36,769 bases of DNA from Stramenopiles sp. TOSAG23-3 (taxonomy: Eukaryota): positions 1-36,769 of the forward strand of contig LT642195.1 of the NCBI GenBank assembly GCA_900128585.1, written 5' to 3'. This document shows positions 1 to 9,618 of the stretch, piece after piece. Position numbers and translations under genes: made by a program. The notes below the pieces were generated by a model. That model did no database searches. It worked only from the letters and a program-made list of their open reading frames with translations, and was not told the origin of the DNA. Within the stretch, counting starts at the first letter, position 1, and every line of letters begins with the position of its first letter.

Positions 1-79
1 TACATAATACACCAGCAGCACACCATACACACAGAACAGAGAACAACAGAAGAAGGAATTCTCCGTCGTATCCTCATTC
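1..79 (+). repeat. Left arm of a perfect 79-bp inverted repeat (may extend beyond the window start)
   Basis: Bases 1-79 (tacataatacaccagcagca...cgtatcctcattc) are the exact reverse complement of 5786-5864, checked base by base; the first mismatch is at 80/5785. Confidence 0.95.
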
Positions 80-343
80 TTCCCCTTCTTCTCCTTCTTC
101 TTTCTTTTCCACTGCTACCCGTAGCTGCTATTGTACATTATTATATATAGCTGCTACTAGGCGACTTTTTTTTAGAGACTATATTTTTATTGTTTAGTGT
201 TGTTGGTTGTTGTTGAATTGATTGAATTTACTCATTCGGGTTTAATTTTGTGTAAATAACAACCCAAGAATAAAAATAATTCTGAAACCTTCTTTCAAAA
301 CGTTAAAGATTTTGCAAAATTTAACACGGGATAACAGAGCCAG

Positions 344-3300
344 ATGGGTTTAAAGCGCAGGTTCCTTTTGCATCTTTTTTATGGTGTGGCACTGTTCCGT
401 TTGGTGGTTTCAGAGCACCTTGTTGATGAGTGCCCAGAACAGCCACGCACAGAGAACGTCAAGGGAGCAGTATCGCCGAAGAACGTATTCATATTCGGCG
501 ATTCGGTAACGCGCCAAGCAGTTGGAGATTTCTGTCGTTCGAAATCCAACGCTCTAGGGTATGAATGGGGCGAAAACGTTTTTAAGGACAAAACCGGTGC
601 ACATGCAAGTGCCGTTTGTATTTTTCATGACACGAAAGTTGCGTTTTTGCATCTGTACGGTTCGAATGAAACTGGGCCTTATCTTCACGGGCACGTAAAT
701 ACGGCGTCGGATCCTTACACAGACACCCCCCTGCGCGTTTGCAAGTCTTTTGAAGTGTATAAAAACCAGGAAGGGGTTCCGACTCACGTCGTATGGGCTG
801 TATCATGGTGGGACATCATGGCGAACAAGAATTATCGCACAGGAAACAAGACGTGGGTATCCGCTTGGGGGAAAATAGTGAGGCGAAGGCTGTTCGGGGA
901 TGTTCATGGTTGTTTTCCAGACAGTAAAATTGTTGTAGCAACTGTGCCACACTCGAAGTACGGAGGACAATTAATGATTGATATGAATACCGAGTTGCGA
1001 CGTATCGCCAGAGAGCAATCAGTGCCACTTTGGGACTTTGATGACATTGTTTGGTCAAACGGGAAGTCAGAGGAAATACTGTTTCGTGATCGCCAGCATC
1101 CTTCGATAAGCATGGGGACCCGAGGGATCGAGTCCCTCCTAAATGCCACTGCTACAGGAGGAAGCAGGAGTTTGGCGTGCAAGATACCTGTGCGACTCAA
1201 CGGCCACGGTTTGTGCGCTGCGTATAGTGTTTTAGACGAAGACGGAGTACCCGTTCGATCATACGCAGTTGTTAATACATTCTGTAACCGGTTTGATTTT
1301 CGCCCGCAAGAGTGTTTCCAGATTTTTAAAACTGTAGAAATGTTGCGTACACAAGTATCATTGTCTTCGGCGCGTTCTTTGCTCGGCATCCAATTGGTAA
1401 CGTTTATGAAAATAGACGAAGGGGAAGTCAGCAGAGGCTCTATGACCCTTTTTCCTTTCTCTTGCAATCAGTATTTTCAAGAAGCTGCTGCATCACAGTG
1501 CAGAATTTTTGGTTGGAGCGTGGCATCCCTGCTGTGCGTTTTATTCCAGGAAGAGGTAAGAAAAGTGTGCATGTCGTCCCCCGACAGAAAACAAGTAAAG
1601 TTTGCAGGCATACGCGTTTCGTACAAAATTTACTACTCGAAAATAGGCAAAGGTCATTTGGAACTGGATCTTATGGCGCCCATGCATTCATTGGTGTCTC
1701 ACATATGCACAGATCCAAAGTTGGGCGCAATAGCGAATGTTTCTTCTCACCGATGCCACAACAATGTTTTACAATATGCAAGTGCGCTTCTCGTGGTGTT
1801 CTCAAACATCGACAGCAACGAGGGATTTTACGGCGTGAACGGGTCTTCGCGAAGATTCCCTAAAATTTTGAACATTTTTGATGGTGAGTACTTGCCAGTT
1901 AAAAAAAGCGCTGTGTGGGACGTTTTAGAATGGAGCAGGAGGGACCGAGAACACATTTCCAAAATCGCAGGGGACATGATACAGGAATACAGCAACTTGT
2001 TTGCCGATTTAGAAGACGGAAACTATCACTCAACGCTTACACTCCTACTGAAGTTTATCGTTGCCTACAAACAAGGGGGGGTCTTCTTGTTAGAAAATTT
2101 GGAGAGGAACATTACCGATAAAATGTTGATCAAGTTAAGCAAAACTGTAAAAGTGAGAAATGGGACGATTGAGCCAATAATATGTACTAGTAGGCAGGAT
2201 GACGGTGCAAGCGTAAGGCCATCAGTCTGCATTACCATGCCAGGGCAGTCGTTGTGGCTTAATTTGATCCGTTCAGTACTTGTTTCATTGGATATCAAGG
2301 CACAGCCTCAAGGCGGTATTTTGGCGAAAACTATGCAGGTTTTAGAAATGTTAATGAAGGACCACGTGTTTCTCCCGCTAAATGATAGTGTCAGAATGTT
2401 GCCAGTGTTCGCAAACCCTCTTGAAAGGGACCGCATTATCGTCATAGCAAAACAAGAACAGGCAGGGCTGCTACATTTGCTACTCCGAAGCATGGATAAT
2501 TATCTTCTTAACTGGAGGAGACAGCAGACTTTTGTCCTTGTAGTGATGACGCGAACTGCTTTATCCGACATCGAAACTAGGGCTTTTGAGATCGTTCGAA
2601 TAACCTTTCCACTTTTGGTCATGCGCTTCTTTGGAAGCGCTGGCCACTTACAGGCAGAACTTGGATCCACTCAGTCCAAAAGTTGGACCCTCCCAGCGAA
2701 TGCAGTGTTTATTAGGCACACCATCTTGGCCGTGGAGGCTGGTGACGTAGTTCAGAGCGATCATCCAGGCGAAGAAGCTGGTACCCATGAAACTGATGCG
2801 AAATCGACCCAAGTAAAAAAGTGGATTGACGAAGGCAATGTAGTAGTTATGGACGGCGAAATAGCTAGTCGTTACGAACTTGATCGTGCGACTATTGAAC
2901 TGGTTCGCGCACGACAACTTAAGCCGCCAAGGGTGGATTCACGGCAACGGCTGTCCCTGGAGTACGAGGCTTTGGAGTGCACATCTTGTTTATTGAAACC
3001 ATATTTGTTTCCAAAACTGTCTCGTTTGAGAAAAGCTATGGTGATCAGCAATAAGAATAATCGAATGCACATGTCATATCGAGAAATTTACCACATGAAT
3101 ATCATGAACATTCTTCTGGACCCTGAAAACGCCTCAAAACTTCCCTGTGTGTCCGTGACGGGCAGGAAGTTTACTTGCCCTACGAAAGTTAAACTAGCAG
3201 CTCGCGAACATCCATACTCTGGCACCACCCTTTTTACTCCCCAGACGATGGTTTTTGACTACGTGGTTGAACAGTTCGGCGGGACTCACCAATCTTCGAG

Positions 3301-4660
3301 AATTGCTTGGTTTGACGAGTCTCGCCCCATCGGCGAAAGCATTCAGATGGAACGAATAGGACGGGTAAACGAGTTTTCAAAAATAAATCAGACAGAATAT
3401 TTGTTTGACGTAATTTTGACACACGACGAGCGTCTCGTTAAGCGGGGTTTGCCATTCGCATATATAGTGTTTGGGGGTCTGTGGGTAAATCGGAACAACT
3501 ACCCGGGCGTTCTGACAAAGAATTCGAAGCCCAAACTCGTTTCCATGATGTCGTCACGAAAGCAGTTCTGCAACCTTCATAGGCAGAGACTTCTCGTTGC
3601 CTATTATTTTCAGAACCACACAGAGTATAATGTTGACGTGTACGGCCTCACTGGAACGGTTCCACCCGATTCTGCGCTGAAAAATTATATGTTTACGATT
3701 GTCTTTGAGAATGATATCCAAAGCGGTTTCTTTACTGAAAAGCTATTGAATGCATTTGCATCTTTTACCGTTCCAATTTACGTGGGTGGGTTCGACTCTG
3801 AACGATTTCCGTACTTCAGTAAGCATGGAATCATACGGTCCGATGGAACTGTGGAAGACTTGCAGCGCATCATTGGGTCTTTGTCCCACGATTCATACCT
3901 GCTGTACATGAAGTATGGTGGTGTGGAAAATAGCTGGAGAGCACAAAGGTTTCGATCACGTGAAGATATAGTGATGTGGAAGATCCACACGCTCATCAAC
4001 CCCGTACTCAGGGCAAGGTGGCAGCTTGTGAACGCAATAGCGTCGAGGTTTAGCTATGGTAGCATAATTGACATATTGTGTGGCACCTGTAATGCGAACC
4101 CAGAATTCTTACCGTCCGTTGCAAACCAGATTGACGGCCATTTGCGAGTGTTTCAAGCTTCAGGCGAAAGCGCAAGTTCGCGATTAGAAGTTGTCGGCGG
4201 CAAAAAAGTCGACATTGTATTTTTGCGTCAGTCTAACTTATCCTTAGAGGCGTTGCGAAGTCTTGTCTCTAACGCATTAAGAGTTCTAGCGAACGATGGT
4301 ATGCTGATTATGGAAGGAACAGACCCCAAAGGACATAATCCAGGCGCTCAATTGCTTACTGAAATGATATGCAACTGTGTGCACGCCCCCCTTCTCCCCG
4401 AGAAACCATGGTGTAGAAAACGCTTGAGTATAAACACAATACATGGATGCCATAACGGGCACGATTGCCTGGAATCTGGGGTGACACTGGTGCAGTTTGG
4501 TTACGCAACAACGCGCGCGCTATCAAAACGAGGTAGGGAATTCATGTGCAACGAAAATTATCAGCACAGCAAGGAAAATGCATTGATCGCACGGCGTTTT
4601 CGACGAAATATAGGAGAATTGATCAGTTTGCATCGATTCCATGAAATGTTTTTGTACTGA
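344..4660 (+). CDS. Secreted or membrane-targeted multi-domain glycan-modifying protein (SGNH acyl-esterase/transferase, degenerate GT32-like, GT10 fucosyltransferase-like, degenerate class I methyltransferase-like)
   Basis: 1438-aa uninterrupted ORF with a hydrophobic N-terminus. Motifs: FIFGDSVTR...DRQHP (SGNH GDS + DxxH); FPKILN...LLKFIVAYKQGGVFL (GT32-like); YMFTIVFEND...FFTEKLLNAF...TVPIYVG (GT10); C-terminal YGSIIDILCG...VDIVFL...NALRVLANDGMLIM. Confidence 0.75.
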   Translation: MGLKRRFLLHLFYGVALFRLVVSEHLVDECPEQPRTENVKGAVSPKNVFIFGDSVTRQAVGDFCRSKSNALGYEWGENVFKDKTGAHASAVCIFHDTKVAFLHLYGSNETGPYLHGHVNTASDPYTDTPLRVCKSFEVYKNQEGVPTHVVWAVSWWDIMANKNYRTGNKTWVSAWGKIVRRRLFGDVHGCFPDSKIVVATVPHSKYGGQLMIDMNTELRRIAREQSVPLWDFDDIVWSNGKSEEILFRDRQHPSISMGTRGIESLLNATATGGSRSLACKIPVRLNGHGLCAAYSVLDEDGVPVRSYAVVNTFCNRFDFRPQECFQIFKTVEMLRTQVSLSSARSLLGIQLVTFMKIDEGEVSRGSMTLFPFSCNQYFQEAAASQCRIFGWSVASLLCVLFQEEVRKVCMSSPDRKQVKFAGIRVSYKIYYSKIGKGHLELDLMAPMHSLVSHICTDPKLGAIANVSSHRCHNNVLQYASALLVVFSNIDSNEGFYGVNGSSRRFPKILNIFDGEYLPVKKSAVWDVLEWSRRDREHISKIAGDMIQEYSNLFADLEDGNYHSTLTLLLKFIVAYKQGGVFLLENLERNITDKMLIKLSKTVKVRNGTIEPIICTSRQDDGASVRPSVCITMPGQSLWLNLIRSVLVSLDIKAQPQGGILAKTMQVLEMLMKDHVFLPLNDSVRMLPVFANPLERDRIIVIAKQEQAGLLHLLLRSMDNYLLNWRRQQTFVLVVMTRTALSDIETRAFEIVRITFPLLVMRFFGSAGHLQAELGSTQSKSWTLPANAVFIRHTILAVEAGDVVQSDHPGEEAGTHETDAKSTQVKKWIDEGNVVVMDGEIASRYELDRATIELVRARQLKPPRVDSRQRLSLEYEALECTSCLLKPYLFPKLSRLRKAMVISNKNNRMHMSYREIYHMNIMNILLDPENASKLPCVSVTGRKFTCPTKVKLAAREHPYSGTTLFTPQTMVFDYVVEQFGGTHQSSRIAWFDESRPIGESIQMERIGRVNEFSKINQTEYLFDVILTHDERLVKRGLPFAYIVFGGLWVNRNNYPGVLTKNSKPKLVSMMSSRKQFCNLHRQRLLVAYYFQNHTEYNVDVYGLTGTVPPDSALKNYMFTIVFENDIQSGFFTEKLLNAFASFTVPIYVGGFDSERFPYFSKHGIIRSDGTVEDLQRIIGSLSHDSYLLYMKYGGVENSWRAQRFRSREDIVMWKIHTLINPVLRARWQLVNAIASRFSYGSIIDILCGTCNANPEFLPSVANQIDGHLRVFQASGESASSRLEVVGGKKVDIVFLRQSNLSLEALRSLVSNALRVLANDGMLIMEGTDPKGHNPGAQLLTEMICNCVHAPLLPEKPWCRKRLSINTIHGCHNGHDCLESGVTLVQFGYATTRALSKRGREFMCNENYQHSKENALIARRFRRNIGELISLHRFHEMFLY

Positions 4661-4797
4661 GAGTATTTGTTTTTGATGGGATATTAACATCTGACCTAAA
4701 AATCTTGTGCGCGTTTTTATAAATTTCAGTCTTCTACGAAGCATGATTTCCATGATAGCGGCAGTTAGGCTTTATTTAATATATACATTTTCTAAAA

Positions 4798-5373
4798 CTA
4801 GGACGTGCCCCTCTCTTCGTTTTTGAGCAGTTGCTCGACCCACCGTCCAACCAGCGTTGCCTTACTACTTGCTAAATAAAATCCATAGTGGGCGTGCAAA
4901 CATTTGACTCGCTTGAAGTACTTCATGCCGCAAATTCCTGTTTCGCGCAGGGTTGTAGTGTATTTTTTTCTCTCTGCGTATTCTTTATCGGCATTTGAAA
5001 GCAAGCTCCACCTTTGCTCAGCATAGAGTTTATGATCCTCGACCAAGCTTTTCGCGAAAGCATCGTTTTCCTCTACCCGCTTGTCAAATATATCAATATA
5101 CCCAGCCTGTTCGAGCCTCCCCACAGATTGGACTAACTTTGGGCAGACTAGAAAGTACAAGTTTACCCAGGGCACCGGTTCTCCCGAGCCCCGGCCTTTC
5201 GGGTCAACCCGGAGTGGGTACATGCGAAGCACCGTGGGGTGCCCGTCACTAGCGCGGGCAGCGACGTCAATAGTCAGCACTTCCCAATCAATAAAGTGTA
5301 CGTGTTTCTTTAACCATATCGAATCCTCGGCACTTACATTCGACGGAACCTGGCGAACCCATAAAGGCTCCAT
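4798..5373 (-). CDS. DUF501 family protein (Rv1025-like)
   Basis: 191 aa; GHPTVL, P(W)xNLYFLVCPKLVQSVGRLEQAG and GICG...RVKCLHAHYG match the DUF501 pattern. Confidence 0.8.
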   Translation of the reverse strand: MEPLWVRQVPSNVSAEDSIWLKKHVHFIDWEVLTIDVAARASDGHPTVLRMYPLRVDPKGRGSGEPVPWVNLYFLVCPKLVQSVGRLEQAGYIDIFDKRVEENDAFAKSLVEDHKLYAEQRWSLLSNADKEYAERKKYTTTLRETGICGMKYFKRVKCLHAHYGFYLASSKATLVGRWVEQLLKNEERGTS

Positions 5374-5785
5374 AGTTGGCGGACCTTCGAAAACTGAGGA
5401 ACGGCAAGAAAGCCGGAATTTATAGTGTTTTCATTGGGATTGGTCACAGCAGAACTGTCAGCCAAATTGTTATCATTGCGTGCATTTAAACATGTAAACT
5501 CTATGGTGTAAAACATATCATTTTTCTTAAACAACACAAAAGCAACAAAAAAAATTCAATAATAATAATAATAAAAAAAAAAACTTAAAATAATAATAAT
5601 AGAGTCTAATAACTAAAACAAAATAATAGAAGAAGAAATAAATAAAATACAGCCAATAGCATCACACCACTTCGGCCATTTTCGGATGAAATGTGAGCCC
5701 CTCCTCGCCCGCCTCGAACTTATTATATTAGAACTTAAACGAGGAGTACGTACGGTACTACTATTGATGGTCGCGGGGAGATGAT

Positions 5786-5864
5786 GAATGAGGATACGAC
5801 GGAGAATTCCTTCTTCTGTTGTTCTCTGTTCTGTGTGTATGGTGTGCTGCTGGTGTATTATGTA
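5786..5864 (-). repeat. Right arm of the 79-bp inverted repeat
   Basis: Exact reverse complement of bases 1-79. Confidence 0.95.
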
Positions 5865-6157
5865 ATTATTTTTTTTTTGAATGAAGAAAAAATAAAAAAT
5901 AATACTACATGCCATACCCAGCTGCTACTAATAATAATAATAATAATAAAAAATATTAACTACTAATTAAATAATAATATAATAAAATATAATAATAATA
6001 AAATTAATAAAACCACAAGGAACGGGACACTTTTTATTGTAATAAATTGTCAACGCGAGAAATTAAATTTGTTAAAGAATTGTGCTTGTGTGTGTTATTG
6101 TGGAATAGCGGAATTATCTTTTTGTCCCATCAGCAGTGTAATATATATAGCTACACA

Positions 6158-7267
6158 ATGACATCACATTATGATTTTTATATTGGAAACTACAACACAA
6201 AAATGGGTCACGTAGATGGAAAAGCCAAAGGGGTGGTTTTGGCTAGGTTGCTTTCCTCCGGTGAGCTGACGATATCCGCAGACAGTGTTCCGCAGAATGT
6301 TGGGACTAACCCCACGTACGTGCACTATAGTTCATCGAATCAAATATTGTACGTTGTGAACGAGTGCGCTGAAGGCAGGGTGGCGGCTTACAAAGAGACG
6401 TCGTCGGCGGGAACCTTGTCGTTGGTGTCCGAACAAAGCTCCAAGGGATCCGACCCTTGCTATATTGAGCTCTTTGGTTCTTCCGCCGCTGGAGAGTTGT
6501 TACTTGTTGCTAACTACAGCTCTGGCTCCACAGTATGTTTTCGCGTGGATAGCGATGGAACTTTATCAGAACACGGCTTTTACCAGCACGAGTTTGGAGG
6601 AACAGGCCCAAACGCAGCGCGGCAAGAGGGTGCTCACGCGCATATGGCTCGCGGCTGTGGTAAAGGGCAAGACCGTATCCTTGTCCCAGATCTAGGAAAC
6701 GATGAAGTCTTTTCGTTTCAAATCCAGGAGTCGTCCCTGACAAAAATTGGGGCGTTTCGTCTGAATGCTGGCGATGGCCCCCGTCATTTGGAATTTCACC
6801 CATCTCGTAATTTTGCCTACGTTGTTGCCGAACTTTCTTGTACTGTTACCGTTTGCCGCTGTGACCCTAGTAGTGGCGAGTTGACCGAGAAAGTCCAGGT
6901 AGTCAGCACCCTTCCTGATGGCTTCGAGAATTCCGATGGAAGCAACACGTGTGCGCACATGCTGATTCACCCATCAGGGAAGTTTTTGTACGTCTCCAAC
7001 CGGGGAGGAGGAGACCATTCAATATCGTTGTTCCTCATCTCCGAGGACGGAATGAAGCTGGATTTCGTTCCCCAAAGTGGGGCCCCGGGAACTGGTGAAC
7101 TCGTCCCGAGAGCATTCAATATTACACCAGACGGGGTGTGGATGGTAGTTGCATACCAAAATTCGGATAAACTAATCTCCTATAAAATCGACCAAAACGA
7201 TGGCACAATGACAATGTCACATTCTCTTAGTACCCCTACGCCTGTCTGTATTTCATGGAGAATATAA
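6158..7267 (+). CDS. pgl: 6-phosphogluconolactonase, 7-bladed beta-propeller lactonase family (YbhE/Pgl type)
   Basis: First ATG at 6158 (MTSHYDFYIGNY; the ORF track starts at an upstream TTG). Motifs NPTY, LYVVNE, GSDPCYI, LLVANYSSGS, ARQEGAHAH, VPDLGND, GDGPRHLEFHP, FLYVSNRG, PRAFNI. Confidence 0.85.
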   Translation: MTSHYDFYIGNYNTKMGHVDGKAKGVVLARLLSSGELTISADSVPQNVGTNPTYVHYSSSNQILYVVNECAEGRVAAYKETSSAGTLSLVSEQSSKGSDPCYIELFGSSAAGELLLVANYSSGSTVCFRVDSDGTLSEHGFYQHEFGGTGPNAARQEGAHAHMARGCGKGQDRILVPDLGNDEVFSFQIQESSLTKIGAFRLNAGDGPRHLEFHPSRNFAYVVAELSCTVTVCRCDPSSGELTEKVQVVSTLPDGFENSDGSNTCAHMLIHPSGKFLYVSNRGGGDHSISLFLISEDGMKLDFVPQSGAPGTGELVPRAFNITPDGVWMVVAYQNSDKLISYKIDQNDGTMTMSHSLSTPTPVCISWRI

Positions 7268-7727
7268 TTTGTTTTTTTCAAGGTATTTTTATTATTATTA
7301 GAAGCTAATATACACAAAAGAAGAAGAAAAAAGAGAGTTGAGAAGAGTGACGATTTGGATGGAATATAAGTATAAAATATATATGCTACTGTAATATTTA
7401 CCTATATACTTATTTCTTCTTCTATAATACCCAGGACAGCATTATAGTATTTCATTTATAATATTATTTTTTCTGTTGTTGTTATTATAGGAGTTATTTT
7501 TTTTAAATTGTTTTTTTTTTTTTTTTAGATGATAAAAAAAATCATTCTTCTTCTTCTCTTCATTCATACCTTGGTGGTAATAAGAAAATATATGATGCTC
7601 TTTTGTAATATGAAAACATTGAAATGAATTCGTTTTTGATATGTAGATATCAAATGAACGAGTTCACAATAAATGTTAAACGCGCGGTATATCCAAACGA
7701 GGGGTTGTTTGAACAAATAGACTCGGC

Positions 7728-8417
7728 ATGTTTAATGCGTTTTTGGAAGGGAAGCAAAAGGAGACCGAGATACAGAGGGAGGTAGCCGTCGTGCAAAGAG
7801 AACGCCCACGTAATGAGCAAGCATCGGCATTGGCCCATGAAACTTTCCTTGCCGTTGCGGGGAAGAGGAACAGAGGGGTTGTATCGCATAATGAAGACCT
7901 TCCTGCAGTTGGGGTCACACACAGAGAGGTGTTAGAGCTGAAGGTGAGCATTGACGGATTGGCAAAGAAAGTCAACAGTGATATTGATGCTATTCTAAAA
8001 TTGCTAGAGTCAGAATTGCAATCATTATTCTCCTATATGAGTACACTTGAGGATCGGGCAAACACAAGCGATACAATGGTAGAGAGACTAAACTTGGAAG
8101 TTCGTCACATGCGAGAGGAGTCTCGACAGAAAGACAAACAGCACAGAGATTGGGTGATTGGCATTGAAAATGCATATCGCTCGCTTCAGAAGCAAATGGA
8201 TGTGTTGAGAGTAAACCATTTACGGGAGGAAAGCAAGAGTGGGAGGGTCGCCAAAGAAAAACCACTACGCGCCTCAAAAGAAGAGGCAGCCATCGAACAC
8301 TTCGCGGGGGTGATGAAACATCATGCAGAACCGTCGATAAGTGAAAACCAATCTATAAAAAAGGCTGAGGCAAGCTTGCGCAGTTGGAGAGAATTCATAG
8401 AGACCCAAATCAAGTGA
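7728..8417 (+). CDS. Hypothetical coiled-coil protein
   Basis: 229-aa ORF with coding-like composition and heptad-rich helical segments; no family recognised. Confidence 0.6.
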   Translation: MFNAFLEGKQKETEIQREVAVVQRERPRNEQASALAHETFLAVAGKRNRGVVSHNEDLPAVGVTHREVLELKVSIDGLAKKVNSDIDAILKLLESELQSLFSYMSTLEDRANTSDTMVERLNLEVRHMREESRQKDKQHRDWVIGIENAYRSLQKQMDVLRVNHLREESKSGRVAKEKPLRASKEEAAIEHFAGVMKHHAEPSISENQSIKKAEASLRSWREFIETQIK

Positions 8418-8591
8418 GCAGTATGTAATATCAGTGTAAATTTACACAGGATAGAAGAAGACCAAAATGAGTAAAGGATAAATGTAAGAGGTCATTTTCG
8501 CAAATACACTGAGATAATGAGATCATGCTTTTAATAGACGAATTTTACACAACGCTTAAAACAGAGCAGAACATGTACATTTAAAATTATT

Positions 8592-9618
8592 TTATTTTTT
8601 CCTCATCACAGTGGAAGCATAAACCCCCTTTTTAACAACACTATGAATAGCGTATGATTTGGGAGTCGACGACGGTTTGAAGGAGCCCCGGTCGCGCAGC
8701 TTCTCCGGGATTGCTTCGTACCTTTCTTTGGCTCCGTTGATTGTTACATCATCCTGGTCCTCGGGAATGTGGGGGGGGAAGTTTGTTTTCGAACCATCCT
8801 CGGCCACATGGCCGAAGTAGCCAGACAGCCCTCTTTTGGGTGGATTACCAGGTATGAATGGTTTCTTGTCGTCATCCCCTGAGTATTTGGCGTCGAACAT
8901 GATTTCTTTTCTCGTTTTGCCCTCGTTGGGGTCTGGCTCCCGAGGTAAGCATTGTTCATCTGCCATGTATACTTTTCCAGGCCCCCCACGCGCATCGCCC
9001 CCTACCATGGGACTGAACGGTTTTCGATCGCCAACCTTTTCATTGTGGTACAATCGCGCCTCCCGGCTCTTCTTTTTTTCGCCGTCACTGCCTTCGGGAA
9101 TGTACGTAATTTTGTTCTTTCCTACCAGAGTCCCCGGTGCGCCATAGTGCCCTTTCTTACTTGGGGAGGTATAGATGGGGCGCGTTGGCATCCCGTCGTC
9201 GTTGTCCTCTTCCGTCTTTCGCTTCGGCTTAGTGCTTAAGTCCCACTTCCCATCGCCCATACTTTTGTAAGGCTTCTGGCAGAAAGAACCATAGTAGTCC
9301 CCACTCGAGCTTTGCCGCTTTGACGGGTTTCCGGGTTTGAAGGCTTTCTCGGCAATCTGCTTTTTCTTCGCTGCAATTTTTTGCTGGCGGCGGCGCTTAT
9401 TTTCTTCCACGTGTACTTCGCCTTCGTAGAGTCTGTTGAACTTCATCGCCCCCCCCCCCCCAATTGTTCACCGTTTGCCCCTTCTTCTGCGGCGACGTGA
9501 CGAAAGACCGAATTGTCACGGTCTCCTCCCCCTTTACACGAACCTTCTTTGGTTTGTCATACGGCTCTCCCACACAGAGAGGAGTAGCAGCAGAGAAAAG
9601 ACCGAAATTATTGGGCAT
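8592..9618 (-). CDS. CFAP96: Cilia- and flagella-associated protein 96 (C4orf47/DUF4586-like), split by a +1 frameshift at the G13 run 9449-9461
   Basis: 5' ORF (FGLFS...VGEPY...TSPQKKGQ) plus 3' ORF (FNRLYEGE, FKPGNPSK, GDYYGSF, IYTSPSKKGHYG, FKPSSTPKS) together follow the C4orf47 motif order. Deleting one G joins the two frames. Confidence 0.75.

Noticed and set aside
344..5373. Endogenous giant-virus insertion
   Set aside because: No viral hallmark genes (capsid, PolB, packaging ATPase); only single modules look virus- or bacteria-like.
6047..6157. N-terminal extensions from TTG/GTG starts in the ORF track (also 32926-33126, 34863-34919, 13749-13778)
   Set aside because: This is a eukaryotic locus; the first in-frame ATG matches the family N-terminus or a signal peptide, and the extensions are leader sequence.
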